Source: the human T2T-CHM13v2.0 reference genome, Homo sapiens. From it: a DNA stretch of 64,000 nt. Position 1 is the stretch's first letter. Each line of letters begins with the position of its first letter. A program made the position numbers and the translations under genes. The notes beneath the pieces were generated by a model. The model had not been told where the DNA came from and did not search any database. It was given only the letters and a program-made list of their open reading frames with translations. The stretch lies in the NCBI RefSeq assembly GCF_009914755.1, contig NC_060929.1. The stretch is one strand, 5' to 3'. Of the stretch, positions 13,501 to 27,095 are shown piece after piece.

Positions 13501-14376
13501 GTTAGAGCAATTCTAAGTGATACACTGGATCCTACCCAAGAGGAAAATATCCCCATTTCCAAGGTCTCGGTGGCCTCCCTATTGGCTAAGATGAAAAGAC
13601 AGTGCCTACTCTGATCATGAGGTTCTCTGAAGACCGTAGAGCTTTCTTGGAGAACCAAGCCTTGCATGACAACGTGACTCAAGCCACTAATACAGAAGAT
13701 TCTGTGTTAAAGAGGCAAAGACCCTACCATTTGGGATTTTCAACATTCTCCTTTCACCTGTTTATCAGCCCTCCCTCTTGTCTCCAGCCAAAAGACTCCT
13801 GTGTCAGTGGATAAGAGGTCACTTTCACTGTGAGCAAACGTAGTTCCTATGCTTACACATCCTCGCCTGCTTTCACATCCAGACTCCTGCTTGCTGTGCA
13901 AACCTTGCTAGTATTGTTTTGACTGTCAAAAGCATGTCTCTTGTTCATGGAGCCAGCCTCAAGCAATAACGGTGGTCAGACAGAATATTTGCATCATAGT
14001 TACACAATATATAGGTCTGTACTATTTTGACTCTTTGCAGTGTGGGCCCAGTTAAGAAACCTTCTAGGGCTGCTGAAGGCCCCAGCAGACACCACCATGG
14101 GAGCTGTGACCATCCTAAGCCTGCAGGTGGGAGGGAGGACAGGGTGGCTGGAGCAATCCTTAGTTGAAGGGGGTAAGGGAGTGATACCCGTCTTATTCCT
14201 CCTGCCCATGCCTCTCATTACCTGAGCCCAAGGTCACAAGACAGCAAGGGAAAGAGGATCGGACATTGGATGTGAGGAAGGTCAGACCCTTGAGGCAGAG
14301 AGTTAGTGGGGAGGGAGACTGTTTGAGAGGCTCTCTGGGACATTTGTTCATCCTTAGCCTCACTTCTCTATGAAGG

Positions 14377-15127
14377 TGTAACAGCTCCAAGAGTTCATCT
14401 TGCCCTCCACTCAGAAAGCCAAATGCACTGGGAACAACAGGAATGACAGCAAAAAAAAAAAAAAAGAGCTGAATTATTACAGGGCCAGGCAAGTGAGGAG
14501 AACAGAAAGAAATTCCTCAAGCCTGACTCCCTGAGAATTCAGAGGCTAGGGGTTTTTGAGGGTACTTTGGCAGGCCGGGGTGGGGAACTGAAACAGTTGA
14601 TGAAATCACAGCAGTGTTCAAACTGCCTTCAGGCAGCTGAGTCAGTTCCTGAGAGGGGGTCTCGGACTACAGGACAGCTTTTGGTCAGCTGAAGTGCTAA
14701 ATCTGAAAAATATCTCAAAGACCACTTCTTTAGGTTTCACAATTGCAATGTTATCTATAGGGGTGAGTTAGAGAAGTTATAAATCTTGTGACCCCTGGTT
14801 ACCTGAATCTGTGGTAACCAGCTTAAAGAAAAGCAGGTTAAATGTCAGCAGGTCATTGCTCATGCCTATTCTTCAGCAAAGGTCAAGCCCTTACCATTGT
14901 GAATACAGTTTCAATCTCTGAATACGAGGACAGGGAGGTAAGTTTTCCTTGCCTCAAAATTTAACCATAAACTAAATTCCTCTCACAGTTATCTTGGCAT
15001 TGGTCTCTGTGTTATTATACGTAAAACAAAATTACATAAAACAGGTTAGCCTGCGACGTTAAAAGCAAGGTGGAATCAGTCATGCTGGAATTCTCTCATC
15101 ACTTCTAATTCTGTAAAGGCTGTTCCA
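14377..15127 (-). mobile_element. ERV1 solo LTR (LTR8/LTR26 family-like)
   Basis: TG...CA ends; resembles the reverse of the LTR8/26 termini (tgtaac..gttcatcttgccc; aagcaagg.tgga.tcag..ctgtaaaggctgttcca); near 4-bp TSD aagg/gagg. Confidence 0.7.
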
Positions 15128-15158
15128 GAGGTGTGAGGGGTCATTCAGGTTGGGATGC

Positions 15159-15545
15159 TATGGAGGTCAAAGCAGTTCTATCTTGGATGCTAATCCACCA
15201 TGCTGACTTCTGATTAACCCAAGTTCTGGGAATGCCTCTAAGATTTCCAGTTTACCTATTGTTCCTTGTGTAAGAGCATGTACTTAGCGCAAACAGTGCC
15301 CTTCAGCAAATTCCTAGGCATTCCCTCTGAAGCACATATACACTTTCCCTATGGCTCATAAGCCCTGGGAATAATGGCATGGAGATCTACCTGTCCTGCA
15401 GCTGCCCAAGAGCATATTTCTCTCTGTAAGTTCCCAATAAACTCACCCTGTACCGACAAACTGACTTTGTCTGCCTCACTCTTTGGTTTCTTGGGTCCTT
15501 CTGTGTTTGGGGGTTTATTTGCACATATGTCCCTTTCATGAAGCA
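15159..15545 (+). mobile_element. ERVL solo LTR (LTR47-like)
   Basis: Start tggagg..tcttggatgctaatccaccatgctgacttctgattaaccc; internal AATAAA; perfect 5-bp TSD GATGC. Confidence 0.75.
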
Positions 15546-16059
15546 GATGCATTTGTGATTTTTTTGAAGGTTTATAAATCCCCCTAATATTAATCAGAAA
15601 CATTTGACATGGCAGAATTGGGACAAATTAGAGAATTTGAGGCAAAGAAGAGCTTTCCAAGCCCCTTTGGTCTCCATTTTCTCATCTAAAATACAAAGGA
15701 AATGACCAGGGAGGTTCCTAGGATCTCCTTAGCTCTAAGAGGTCATAAGGAAATCCTAAACTCATAATGATATAGATGATAGAAATATCTAAGACTGTGA
15801 GGCCAGAAGGAAGTACAATATGATGGTGACAACCGAATGAAGACGGAAACAGAAATCACTCAGAGTTCCAGTCCACGTGATTCCTTAAAATAATCTCCTG
15901 TCCTGGAGGGAACCTGAGAATTTCCACTTTTCCAAAGAGGCTAAGGTAGGGACACCAGCCAAGGTAAATGGATTTTTATGAAGAAAGTACTTTGAAAAAA
16001 AGAGGATTTGCATTCATTATGGGAATTATTCCTCACCATTGTGAGGTGGAGCAGAGGGA

Positions 16060-16500
16060 GGAGGAATCTGTGGTGAGTTGGGCTGGCACCACCGGCCATG
16101 CTTCTGAACCTCAAACAGGACATATCTGAGGCCAGGGTTGAATCCTGACTAGGCTATAAGCCAATCATGGCAACCCCTTCAGTTGGGCCACTGCTGGGTC
16201 TAGAAACCGACATGTGACCCAGTTCTGGCCAATGAGACTCAAGAGGACACTGCAAGAGGTTTCTAGAAACTATTTTCATTCAAATGAAGAGGAGGAAGCT
16301 TTCTCTGCTCCTTCTCTTCCTTCCTGCTTTGGACATGGTTATGTGTGAATATGATACTTGGCAATCCTACTGCCATCTTGTGAGCAAGAGGAGAAGGCCT
16401 AGGGAATCAAAGACTTGCTCATCTGCTGTCCTGCCTGAATTCGGCAGCAGAATCAGCCCTGAAACTGCTGCCTCACGATATACCACAGGATGAAAATAGT
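16060..16500 (+). mobile_element. Old ERVL LTR (LTR33/LTR16-like); boundaries approximate
   Basis: Motifs catgtgacccagttctggccaatgag and ctgccatcttgtga. Confidence 0.55.
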
Positions 16501-16696
16501 CCTTAATTAGGCCCTATTCACAGGAAATTTAATTACCATTAGGCATATACAGTCTATATGATTTAATTTCTTTATGCTATTTTTATAGAAAAATTAAACT
16601 AAGATTCATATGAATTTGATAATATCCCAAAGAATCCCTAGCTACTTATTTGGAAGATGTAATCTGAAGCACTGGTCTTCCTTTTCTCCACTGCCC

Positions 16697-16906
16697 CAGA
16701 GTTTCTCCACATCGGCACTATTGACATTTGGGCTGGATAATTTGCTGTAGGGGCTGCCATGTGCATAACAGGATGTTTAGTGACACCCCTGGCCTCCACC
16801 CACTGGATGCCAGTGCCCTAACACCCCCAGATGTGACAACCCAAAATGTCTCCAGACATTGCTAAATGACCTTGGGGGCAACTTTTTTCCTGATTGAGAA
16901 CCACTG
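16697..16906 (-). mobile_element. MER20 hAT-Charlie MITE
   Basis: gtgacaacccaaaatgtctccagacattgc...ttgagaaccactg is the reverse of the MER20 consensus. Confidence 0.88.
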
Positions 16907-17659
16907 CACCAGACATTCTTTGTTCATTTTCTTTTGGCCTAGCATGAATTAGTAGGGTCTTAAGCAAAGAGATGCTATAAATGTTCTCTTTCCAAATATA
17001 TGAATCGGCAAAAGAGGAGCTCATAAGAAAGGCACAGGGAAATAGAGGAAGAACTTGAAATAAGTGATGGCTAATGAAAGAATGAAGAGGAAAGAGGCAA
17101 ATAAAATAGTGCAGAAACAGTTACCAAACCCTGGAAAGAAAAGGAACTGCATTGGGCAAATCACAGTGAGAACACACAGCAATTGCACTCTGGCAGGGTA
17201 AGAATGTGAGATTCAGTTTCTGGCCATGGCCGGAGTAGTTGAAGACTTTAAGGGCAGCGTTTTCAATCCAGGATCACTGTAGTTGGTTCTACTACATTTC
17301 AGAATGAGGACTTGCAATCCTTAGAAAAGTACATGGGTCTTTGGGTGCAGGTTCTCTGTGTTGCATTTAAGCACTTGCTCATTTTGACCCTGAGTATATT
17401 CGTGTAAGAATCTGCCTAGAAAGCAGATCCATGAATAACAATCTAAGTTCTGTGGCTTTACTTTTTCATATGAATAGGTATTTTTATATTTTCTTAGGCT
17501 TCCTTAAACAGACATCAGACACATATCTAGAATAAATTATCTGTAGTTGTGCTATCTTCCAGATTTCTGCAATGAAAGTTTCTATTATGGGTATGTGTAT
17601 TATACTATTTAATATTAAACATTAGACCTTAGTGAGACATATACCATGTAGTGGTAGTT

Positions 17660-17855
17660 TCGTGTATGCCAGGCACTGTGCTTTACATGTATTAACTCCT
17701 TGAATCTTCAACACATCTGTAGCACCTACAGCCCATTCTACAGATATGAAATGGGCTGAGATATGATAAGTAAGTTGCTCAAAGTCACTCTGGTTGTAAA
17801 AGACCCAAGAATCAAACAAGCTAGTCCAGAGCCTATGATCTCAACCACTTCATTC
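17660..17855 (-). mobile_element. MIR SINE
   Basis: gccaggcactgtgct...cccattctacagat.tgaa...aagtcac core in reverse orientation. Confidence 0.65.
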
Positions 17856-18414
17856 TGTAAAGTAATTTGTAGATCCTTCTTTGGTGAGACTCTCAAAGAA
17901 ATTAGCTTCAAGTAATTTTACCCCCAACTCTGTAATAGCAAATTTCCCTTCATCTAGGAAATAGCAGGTTTCCAAGTGCTAGCTAAGGAAGATTCAATTT
18001 TGTTACCAAGCACCATCTACAATCCTATATTTGATTTGTTCATGTCCATTTCATTAATTTCAACTGACCAAGGATGTAGATGCATTTGGTGAGTGCAGAG
18101 GTCCCTGGAGTTCATCTTTAGATTCTTACTATATTCCAACCACTATTGTTTCATGACTTAATTGAAGTCTTATTTTTCTATTCTGATATTTTTTCAAAAA
18201 TTAAAAAAAAATCTTCCTTTTTAAAATTTTCATGTACGTTTTGCCATAGAATGTAACAAAACAGAATGTTAGATATGCTCCTCGGGAAAGCTTGTCTCAT
18301 GCTATGATATCAACTAAGCATCATCCCTAAGCCTATCTCTGCAAATGAGTTACACAGGAAATGCAGTGCCTCCAAAAAGAACTAAGCTGAAGCACTGTGC
18401 AGCCTCTGATAGGA

Positions 18415-18590
18415 TGGGTGAACTGGGGCAATAGTTATCTAATACCTCTGAGCCCCACCTCTTCCATTTATAAAATGGAAGCAAAAATATCCATCCCTGG
18501 GGATCACAGTGAACGTTAAATGAGATAATCCATTGAAAGTTGCCTCACATGGCACTGAGCACATGTTCCAGACATACAAGTAAACCTTAG
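18415..18590 (+). mobile_element. MIR SINE
   Basis: ctctgagcc..cttccatttataaaatgg..ttaaatgagataat core. Confidence 0.65.
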
Positions 18591-18990
18591 TTCTCTTTTC
18601 TTTCTCTTATATTAAGATTCTATCACAAAATTCAGAAATAATCTCTCACCTACTCTCTAAGCATCATCTGTTGGTGATGACCGTGTCACCCCTGCTTTGG
18701 AAAGACGTTGAGAGCTTAGAAGGGCATTATCCTGAAGATTAGGTATAATGTCAAAAATGTTGAATTTAAATCCTGGTTTCTTTCCCAGTGCAGTTTTGGA
18801 ACATTTGATAAACCCCTTAGACTATAGTCTATGGTACTGCCATCTAAAAGAGGGCTCTGGGCTTGATCACTGCTAAAGTCCCCTTTTATTCTAAAGACCC
18901 TAACTACATAATGGCATTGAGGAGAATCCTGTTATTAGGAGACCCCCTAGGTGTTTATTTGCTCCTTGTATTTTGTTACTTATTACATGA

Positions 18991-19502
18991 TGTATAGCTC
19001 ATTTTGCATTTCTGTAAAGGAATACCTGAGGCTGGGTAATTTACCAAGAAAAGAGGTTTATTTTGGTCACAGTTTTGCAGACTGGCCAAGAAGCATAGTG
19101 CTGGCATCTGCCTCTGGTCCTACAAAGCTTACAATTATGGCAGAAGGTGAAAGGGGAGCAGATGTGTCACATGGTGAGAGAGAGAGTGAGAGATGCTAGG
19201 GTCTTTAAAACAACCAACTCTCAGCTGGGCGCAGTGGCTCACGCCTGTAATCCCAGCACTTTGGGAGGCCGAGGCGGGTGGATCACAAGGTCAGGAGATC
19301 GAGACCATCCAGGCTAACACGGTGAAACCCTGTCTCTACTAAAAACACAAAAAATTACCCGGGTGTGGTGGTGGGCACCTGTAGTCCCAGATACTCAGGA
19401 GGCTGAGGCAGGAGAATGGCATGAACCCAGGAGGTGGAAGCTGCAATGAGCTGAGATCTCGCAACTGCACTCCAGCCTGGGCGACAGAGCGAGACTCCAT
19501 CT

Positions 19503-19536
<34 letters not shown>

Positions 19537-19707
19537 GTCATGTGAGCAATAGAGCAAGAATGCAGTCATTACTGAAGAGAGGGAATCCAGCCATTCATGA
19601 GAGATTCGCCCCCATGACCTAAACACCTCCCACCAGGTCCCAACTCCAACACTGGGGATCACATTTCAACATCATATTTGTGGGGAGTGAACATGCAGAC
19701 TATAATA
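18991..19707 (-). mobile_element. MSTB-like MaLR solo LTR interrupted by an Alu
   Basis: aaggaatacctgaggctgggtaattta...ccaacactggggatcacatttcaaca; 5-bp TSD CATGA. Confidence 0.85.
19223..19534 (+). mobile_element. AluY-like element inserted in the MST LTR
   Basis: Full Alu with gatcgagaccatcc.ggctaacacgg and a ~30-nt poly-A tail. Confidence 0.95.
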
Positions 19708-20160
19708 CATGATGCATTTTGGAATAGGGACTCATTACATCATATGGTACCCTGGTCATCATGTGTCCACAAAGGGTGTGGATGGTATTCATGCATAAAT
19801 AAAACTCAAGTAGATTCCTAAGACTATGCTACCCTTGTTAAACAACATTATGATTTATGCAGGACATATATATTATTCTAATCAGTCTAGATATGCCAAT
19901 TTAGATTTTACTGATGCACTTCAAATCTCTTAAACTGAGAGTAATGTTTTCAGTTACAATTTTATAAGCAAACAGAACATTAATCAATATGTGAGTAAAC
20001 TATTGCCCTGTCATCTGTACTATAGAAACCCATAAACATTTTTAAATAGGGATCCCTCTGTAGAAAATAAGTCTTCTTTAAGTCCCTAATTCCCTAGAAA
20101 TATTTATTGGGGGTCCCTTATCCAATTCAAACTCTCTGGATAGCAGAGGATTTAAGCCAC

Positions 20161-20495
20161 TGCCATGGCCTGAATGTGCTCCTTCCAAATTCAGGTGTTT
20201 CCAGTGTGATACTATTAAGAAGTGGAATCCTGAAGAGGTGATTAGGTCAGGAGGGCTCCTACCTCAGGAATGGATTTGGTACCCTTATAAAGAGTTGTGA
20301 CAAAGAAAGTTGGCTGTCTCTTGCCCTCCCAACTTCTTCTAGGCGGGACACAGCAAGAAGCCCCTCACCAGACTAAGTAGTGGTACCTTGATCTTAGACT
20401 TACCAGCCTTCAAGACGATGTGAAATAAATTTCTGTCCAATTTAAATCACTCAGCCTTATGTATTCTGTTGTAGCAACATAAATGGTCTAAGACA
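20161..20495 (+). mobile_element. MSTC-like MaLR solo LTR
   Basis: tgccatggcctgaatgtg..aattcaggtgtt..ctaagaca; TSD gccac/gccat. Confidence 0.8.
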
Positions 20496-21641
20496 GCCAT
20501 AAGTCACAGCCACTGCATGAAGTTTGACTAGAACACTAACTTTGGGAAACTCAGTTGTGCTATGTCATTGATCCAAGGTTTGTGAAAGTTTACTTGGGAG
20601 GGTCACACACAAGAGGGTCTGAGGTTGACTCACCATCATCAATATTCCTGTAACTCTTATTGCACTCAATGTAACAGGACCTCCTGTCTTTCATTATGCA
20701 GCTTGCACTTTTACATGAGGTATAAAATATTTGGTCTCATTCAAAAATCCCTCAGCTTATAAAGCTTAATTTCCTTTGGAAAGAGATACATACCTCTATG
20801 ATCTATATACGTAGAAGTAGGTAACAGTGTTTACTGATTGCAAACTTCCCTCTGCTTTTTTTTGTATTTTACCATCTCTAAAATAAACTGGCATCTTGCA
20901 ATCCATGAGAGTGTTTTTTGTTGTTGTTGTTTCTTAGCAACATATAAAGCAGTGGTACACATCACAACCAGTGGCATATCAGAAATGATTATATATGATA
21001 GATTTGCCCAATAAAATTAAGCCCTTGTTCCATTTCAGTTAAAAAATAACATGGAAGAAAATTACATTTCAATAGTTTTTTTAAATACCTAAGTTAATAC
21101 TGATGTATATTAATGCAAATCATTTACATCTAGGTCATCTCCTTCTAAGAGACAGATTTTTAGAAAGAGATGTATAGTTAGATAATATGAATTTCTCATT
21201 TTCAAAATGGTAGCCTATATAACCCAGAAATATATATGGTTTCCTTTCCTGTGTTTTGTGCAAAATGACATAATTTATTGTCTTTTGTTGCCTTCTTTGT
21301 ATATGCTTAACTTATCTAAAGTGTATCTTGATATGTGATAAAATACATTGGGTGGGATGACAGACATAGTTTTGTGTAATGAAATACCCTGTCATCAGAA
21401 GAAGCAGACCTTGTAATGAGTGTTTTGCTGACTGAGAGCCAGATATCACATCTCAGCTTTATTTTTGAAAGCAGAGATGGTAGAGGAGGCAGCCTTGACA
21501 CCATGGCAGATCCTTGTTACCTTCTGATCTTACTTGTTAAAAACTCAAGTAAGGTCAGAAGGCAACAAGGACCTCAGGTCCTCTCAGTAGTAGGAAACAA
21601 CTTTAGTGACCATCCTCTCTTCACTTCTGAAATATTAAATC

Positions 21642-22322
21642 TTTCCTTTTCTTTCTTTCTTTTTTTTTTTTTTGAGACAGGTCTTGTTCTGTTGCCCAGG
21701 CTGGAGTGCAGTAGTGATATGCTTTGGCTCTGTGTCCCCACCTAAATCTCATCTCAAACTGTAACCCCCACATGTCAAGGGAGGAACCTAGTGGGAGGTA
21801 ATTGAATCATGGGGGTGGTTTCTCCCATTCTGTTTTCCTGATAGTGAGGGAGTTCTCACAAGATCTGATGGTTTAAAAGTGAGTTTCTCCTGAACTCTCT
21901 CTCCTGCTGACTTGTGAAGAAGGTGCATGCTTGCTTCTTCTTCACTTTCTGCCATGATTGTAAGTTTTCTGAGGCCTCTTCAGCCATGCAGAACTGTAAG
22001 TCAATTAAATCTCTATACCTTATAAATGACCGGTCTAGGTATTTCTTCATAGCAGTGTGAAAGCAGACTAATACAAGTGGCATGATCTCGGTTCACCACA
22101 GCCTCAAACTCTTAGGCTCAAGCAATCCTCCCACATCAGCCACCAGAGTAGCTGGAACTACACGTATGCACCATCATGCCTAATTAAATTATTTTACTTT
22201 TCTGTAGAGTCAGGGCCTTGCTATGTTGCCCAGGCTGGTCTCAAACTCTTGGCCTCAAGCAATCCTCCTGTCTCAGCCTCCTAAAGTGCTGGGTTTACAG
22301 GCATGAGCCACTGTGCCCAGCC
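21642..22322 (-). mobile_element. AluJ-like element split by a THE1 LTR
   Basis: Reverse Alu at 21642-21714 resumes at 22076; J-type ctcaagcaatcctcc. Confidence 0.9.
21715..22075 (+). mobile_element. THE1D-like MaLR solo LTR
   Basis: tgatatgctttggctctgtgtccccacc...cagactaataca; 5-bp TSD agtag/agtgg. Confidence 0.9.
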
Positions 22323-23000
22323 AACTCTCCATTTAATGACTAAAGACATATACAATACATACATTCATTATAAACCAAGTGCGTGGGTGTGTATTTCTGG
22401 CCCATGAACTCCAGCCCACAAACACTAGAGCACAGAGGGAAAGCCCTTCTAGGTTGAGGGTCCCACGGGGACAAGCTGCCTGCTGGGAAGCTCCCATTAC
22501 AGATAGTAATAATTACATAATTAGTATCTCTCAGATATATACTAAAACAACTCTGGGTCCTAGACAATGGCCTTATTACTTAAGAAACACAGCTATTATC
22601 TTGTGCCTTTTTTATGATTAAAAATGCAAGATCAAAGATCTGCAAGAAGATTTGCTGATTCTTCCAAAGTGTATGTCTGTACTTTGGAACCACATTTCAG
22701 GTATTAAACATTATGTTTTATCAAGCTGCAAAGAATGAAAGGTGAGCACCCTTGTGTTCTTAGTATTTTTCAGAAATAGGAAGGGCCTTAGAACAAACAA
22801 TGACATTTTTCTAACCATTTTAAAGGGATTTTGCAGAAAAATTGGCTACTAAAATAATAGATCTGAAGTTAAATAATCATGAGGACCCACAGCTAATCCT
22901 ACTAGGAAGCTGTCCAGAGCCTAGATGTGGTGATGCACACACTGTTACAGTGAAGGCCCCTTGATTCGGTGCCAACATTTGGGAAATGACACTGGTTTGA

Positions 23001-23354
<354 letters not shown>

Positions 23355-24378
23355 TGGTTTTCCGACTTTCAAGCTGAAGGACAGGCTTTATGAATATGTG
23401 ATTGAGATAACAGAAAGGGTAAGTTCTTTGGTGGGAAACAGGCTGACTGTTGCAACGCCTTCGCAGTTCTAAAGCATGGAAGAAACAGCAAGGAGTTCAC
23501 ACACTGAATGTGCCACACCTCTGTCTTGCAGAGATACAGCAGAACTGATGGGCAGAGATCAGCAGTTTTGTAAAGGCAACATGACTTATGACTTTTCCAT
23601 TATATGGAAGTTAATAACTGTTGTTCATATTCTATGAGAACACATAAGAGAATTTAAGATGATTCAATGAAATGTTCTAAAGGCCAAAAACCCTCCAAAA
23701 ACAAACAAACAAAAAAAAAGCAAAAAATATTCTAAGTACTGGTTCCTATAAATGTGGACCCAAACACATATATCAGCAAAGGAAACCATGAAATGTGCTT
23801 TTCTTGGATTCAGTCTGGCTCTCAATACAGGTGAGTTTCTCCTCATTCCATAGAGTCCTCTATGGGAACGCACACTAGGCGGTCTCTTCCAGACCTTCCT
23901 GTGACCTTGAACAGGATCTACGGGTTGGCCCCACAAGAAGGTGAAAGTAATATCCTTTAGTTTATTCTTTTCTCATCTTTCCTTATGTCAGCCTCTGGAA
24001 TTATATCTCCCAAAAGAAATTTGTGGGTGTGGAAGTTTCTCTTTTATTAGTGCTGTAAGGGGCAAAATAGTCCACACCAAACTCTGGAGGGGGAAAAAAA
24101 AAATCCAAGAATAAAACAAACCATAAACTCCATTATCAAATCAACACAGTTTTCTGTGAAGACATTTCTCTTCAAACAGACAAAAAAACCTATAACAGCA
24201 TTCCACGTGGCCCTGTGCAAGCCAAGAGCTGAGTGATCTGAGAGAGCACAGACTGGGTTTGCAAAAATGGTTCTCATATGAAAAGGTGCAGACAGCGTGA
24301 CAGTGTGACTGAGGATCGCCAGGGGAGCATGGCTCCCATGGGCAGCATTTTCAGAGGATGGAGAAGGTGGGCACTCAC

Positions 24379-24496
24379 CGGACACGCAGAGATGCTCTGT
24401 TCCCACTGGGTCATGCTCAGGCTCTCCTCCAGGCTTGTGCATTTCTTCATTACCACATCCCAGCCACAGTAAGGGTCCTGGGCCCCAATGCAGGTG
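24379..24496 (-). CDS. SEMA5A: SEMA5A internal coding exon, 118 nt (PSI domain); phase 2 in, phase 0 out
   Basis: Acceptor gtgtttccAG|CACC; donor CCG|GTgagt. Encodes (S)TCIGAQDPYCGWDVVMKKCTSLEESLSMTQWEQSISACP, containing the PSI motif C-x4-DPYCGW. Confidence 0.96.
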
Positions 24497-26460
24497 CTGG
24501 AAACACACACCAAATGGTCAACAGAAAGGTCGCTTTACCCATGATAAGATACACAAGACAAGGCGAACCTGTCCCTTGGCAGAGAGGTATGGGATTTCTT
24601 ACATATGAAGCCCAATGGGTATTTAGGCTGCACACTGGAGAGCACAGCTATCTGCACACTCCAGTAAGTACCTAATATTAAATCATTTACACAGACATTT
24701 TGAAAAATCTATGTTTTAATCTAACATACATGACAGATGACTAAAGATGAGCCAACACGAGCATTTTGCTGTCATAAATAGTGCTAAAATCAAGATTCTA
24801 CAATGTTCAAAAACAATATAGCTGTGCTCACCACTACCGTCACCATGATCATCCGCCTCCTCTTTACAACATGTATTATTTGTTTAACACCTACTATCAT
24901 ATTAACTATAATACAAACTATCATAGCATGCAGACGCTTAAACGATTTGATAGGCAGGTTTTATTTACTGTTACCATCACCATAATCATCATCGTTATTA
25001 CCACCACTTTATTGATGAGAAAACTGAGGCACAGAAAATCTGAGAAATTAGCCCAACAACATGCAGATACATCCAAAACTCTTCAACATGAATAGTTCAA
25101 ACTCAAAAAATAGGAGCATCTTTCATTTGTTTACTGTAGCTTAAACGTATTAAAATTTTCAATTTAATAGTAATTTCATATAGTTGTGTCTATAATATCC
25201 TACATATGATATCAGAAGTATTTTAGATGGCGGATATTTTCTTTTTAACTTTGTCTAAATGAAAGAGTTCATACACTACATGGGCATTATTAGATGAGGG
25301 CTGTGGCCTTTACATTATAAAGACAAGCAAAGGTAAATGAGGGAGGAAGAAGACGGAGATGATAGCGATGGAGCCAGAAATATACAGAAGATAATGTCAT
25401 GGGCACGCAGGACATTGAACCTGGGAATTCTGTGAATGCACCAAGAAGTTGGAGGGGCAGGAAGCAGATGTGAGGAAAGAGAGACAATGCCAGCATGGAG
25501 GTGCCAATGACCCCTCTTAGAGGCAGGATAGTACTTACAGTGAGGGAGGTCCTGTTACAAACTAGTCAAGGACTAGAAATCTGGTAGGACCAGAAGTCAT
25601 GGCTTAACCATCAACCCTGTCAGCAGGGAGGTAGCGTAAGTAAGTAATGATGAGTTGTTCATATTTATAATACAAAATAATCATTGTTAAAACACCAAAT
25701 GTATTAATCATATATAAAGCAGTTTTCTAAGAATGTGACTTATATTTGGTCATTTAAACCCCATGACAACCTTATTAATACAGTACCTCAATTAGGCACT
25801 ACATTGACTGTCGCTTTGAAATGAAAAAACTGAAGGAGGGAAAGATCGATTTGAAGGCTGTACAGCTAGGGAAGATATGTTTACAGTTGATAAATCTACT
25901 GATAGGTAGTAAGTTATTATACAATTGTCATTTATTAATTACCTAAAGAAGTGCAAATGATTTAAAAAGCTGTTTCTCAGAAGTAGGGCTAGGTTGGGGT
26001 ACAAAAATGTATGAAACAACTACCTGTTCCTATAACCTCATTAAAACTCCTTGATATGCGACCATATGCAGACATGACTTCCATTCAAAAATACAAACAA
26101 GGCAGTTATAAAGGACAAGGGGAAAGCCTATTTCCCTAGTAGTAGTTTATACTGTTTATACTAACTCACATATTCTGCAGATATTTTATCCATACATATA
26201 AGCATGCTTGTGTACACATATCTATATATACATATATATATTTTGTTATTGTTTATAGGCAAATATATGTTTTATATAATAATGATATGCAATACACACA
26301 AATGTGATTGTGCACGCGGTTTCGCATTTTGCTTTCTACAACCAATAATCTATTATTGCACTATTCTTGTCAATAAATATAGCTCTACCTTACTCCCTTT
26401 AACAGCTGTATAGTGCTCCATTTCTTTGATGAACCAACATTTATTTAAATTTCCCTTTCA

Positions 26461-27095
26461 TTTTATTTTATTTATTTTCAATTTTTTATTTCCATAGGTT
26501 ATTGGGGAACAGGTGGTGTTTGGTTACATGAGTACTTTTGTGGTGATTTATGAGATTTTGGTGCACCCATCACCCAAGCAGTATACAATATCCACTGCAT
26601 CCAATTTGTGGTCTTTTATCCCTCACCCCCTTCCTACACTTTGCCCCTGAGTCCCCAAAGTCCATTGTGTCATTCTTATGCCTTTGCATCCTCATAGCTT
26701 AGCTCCCACTTATGAGTGAGAACATGCGATGTTTGCTTTTCTACTCCTGAGTTACTTCACTTAGAATAATAGTCTCCAATCTCATCCAGGTTACTGTTAA
26801 TTTATTCCTTTTTATGGCTGAGTAGTATTCCACCATATATATGTATCACAGTTTCTTCAACCTCTCCTTGATGGATGGGCATTTGGGTTGGTCCCACATT
26901 TTTGTAATTGTGAATTGTGCTGCTATAAACATGCATGTGCAAGTGCCTTTTTTCATATAATGACTTCTTCTCCACCAGATAGATACCCAGTAGTGGGATT
27001 GCTGGATCAAATGGTGGTTCTACTTTTAGTTCTTTAAGGAATCGCCACACTGTTTTCCATAGTAATTGTACTAGTTTACATTCCCACCAGCAGTG
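26461..27095 (-). mobile_element. L1PB-like 3' end, apparently inserted in older L1M sequence
   Basis: gagtccccaaagtccattg..tgcctttgcatcctcatagcttagctcccacttatgagtgagaac; TSD taaatttccc. Confidence 0.88.
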
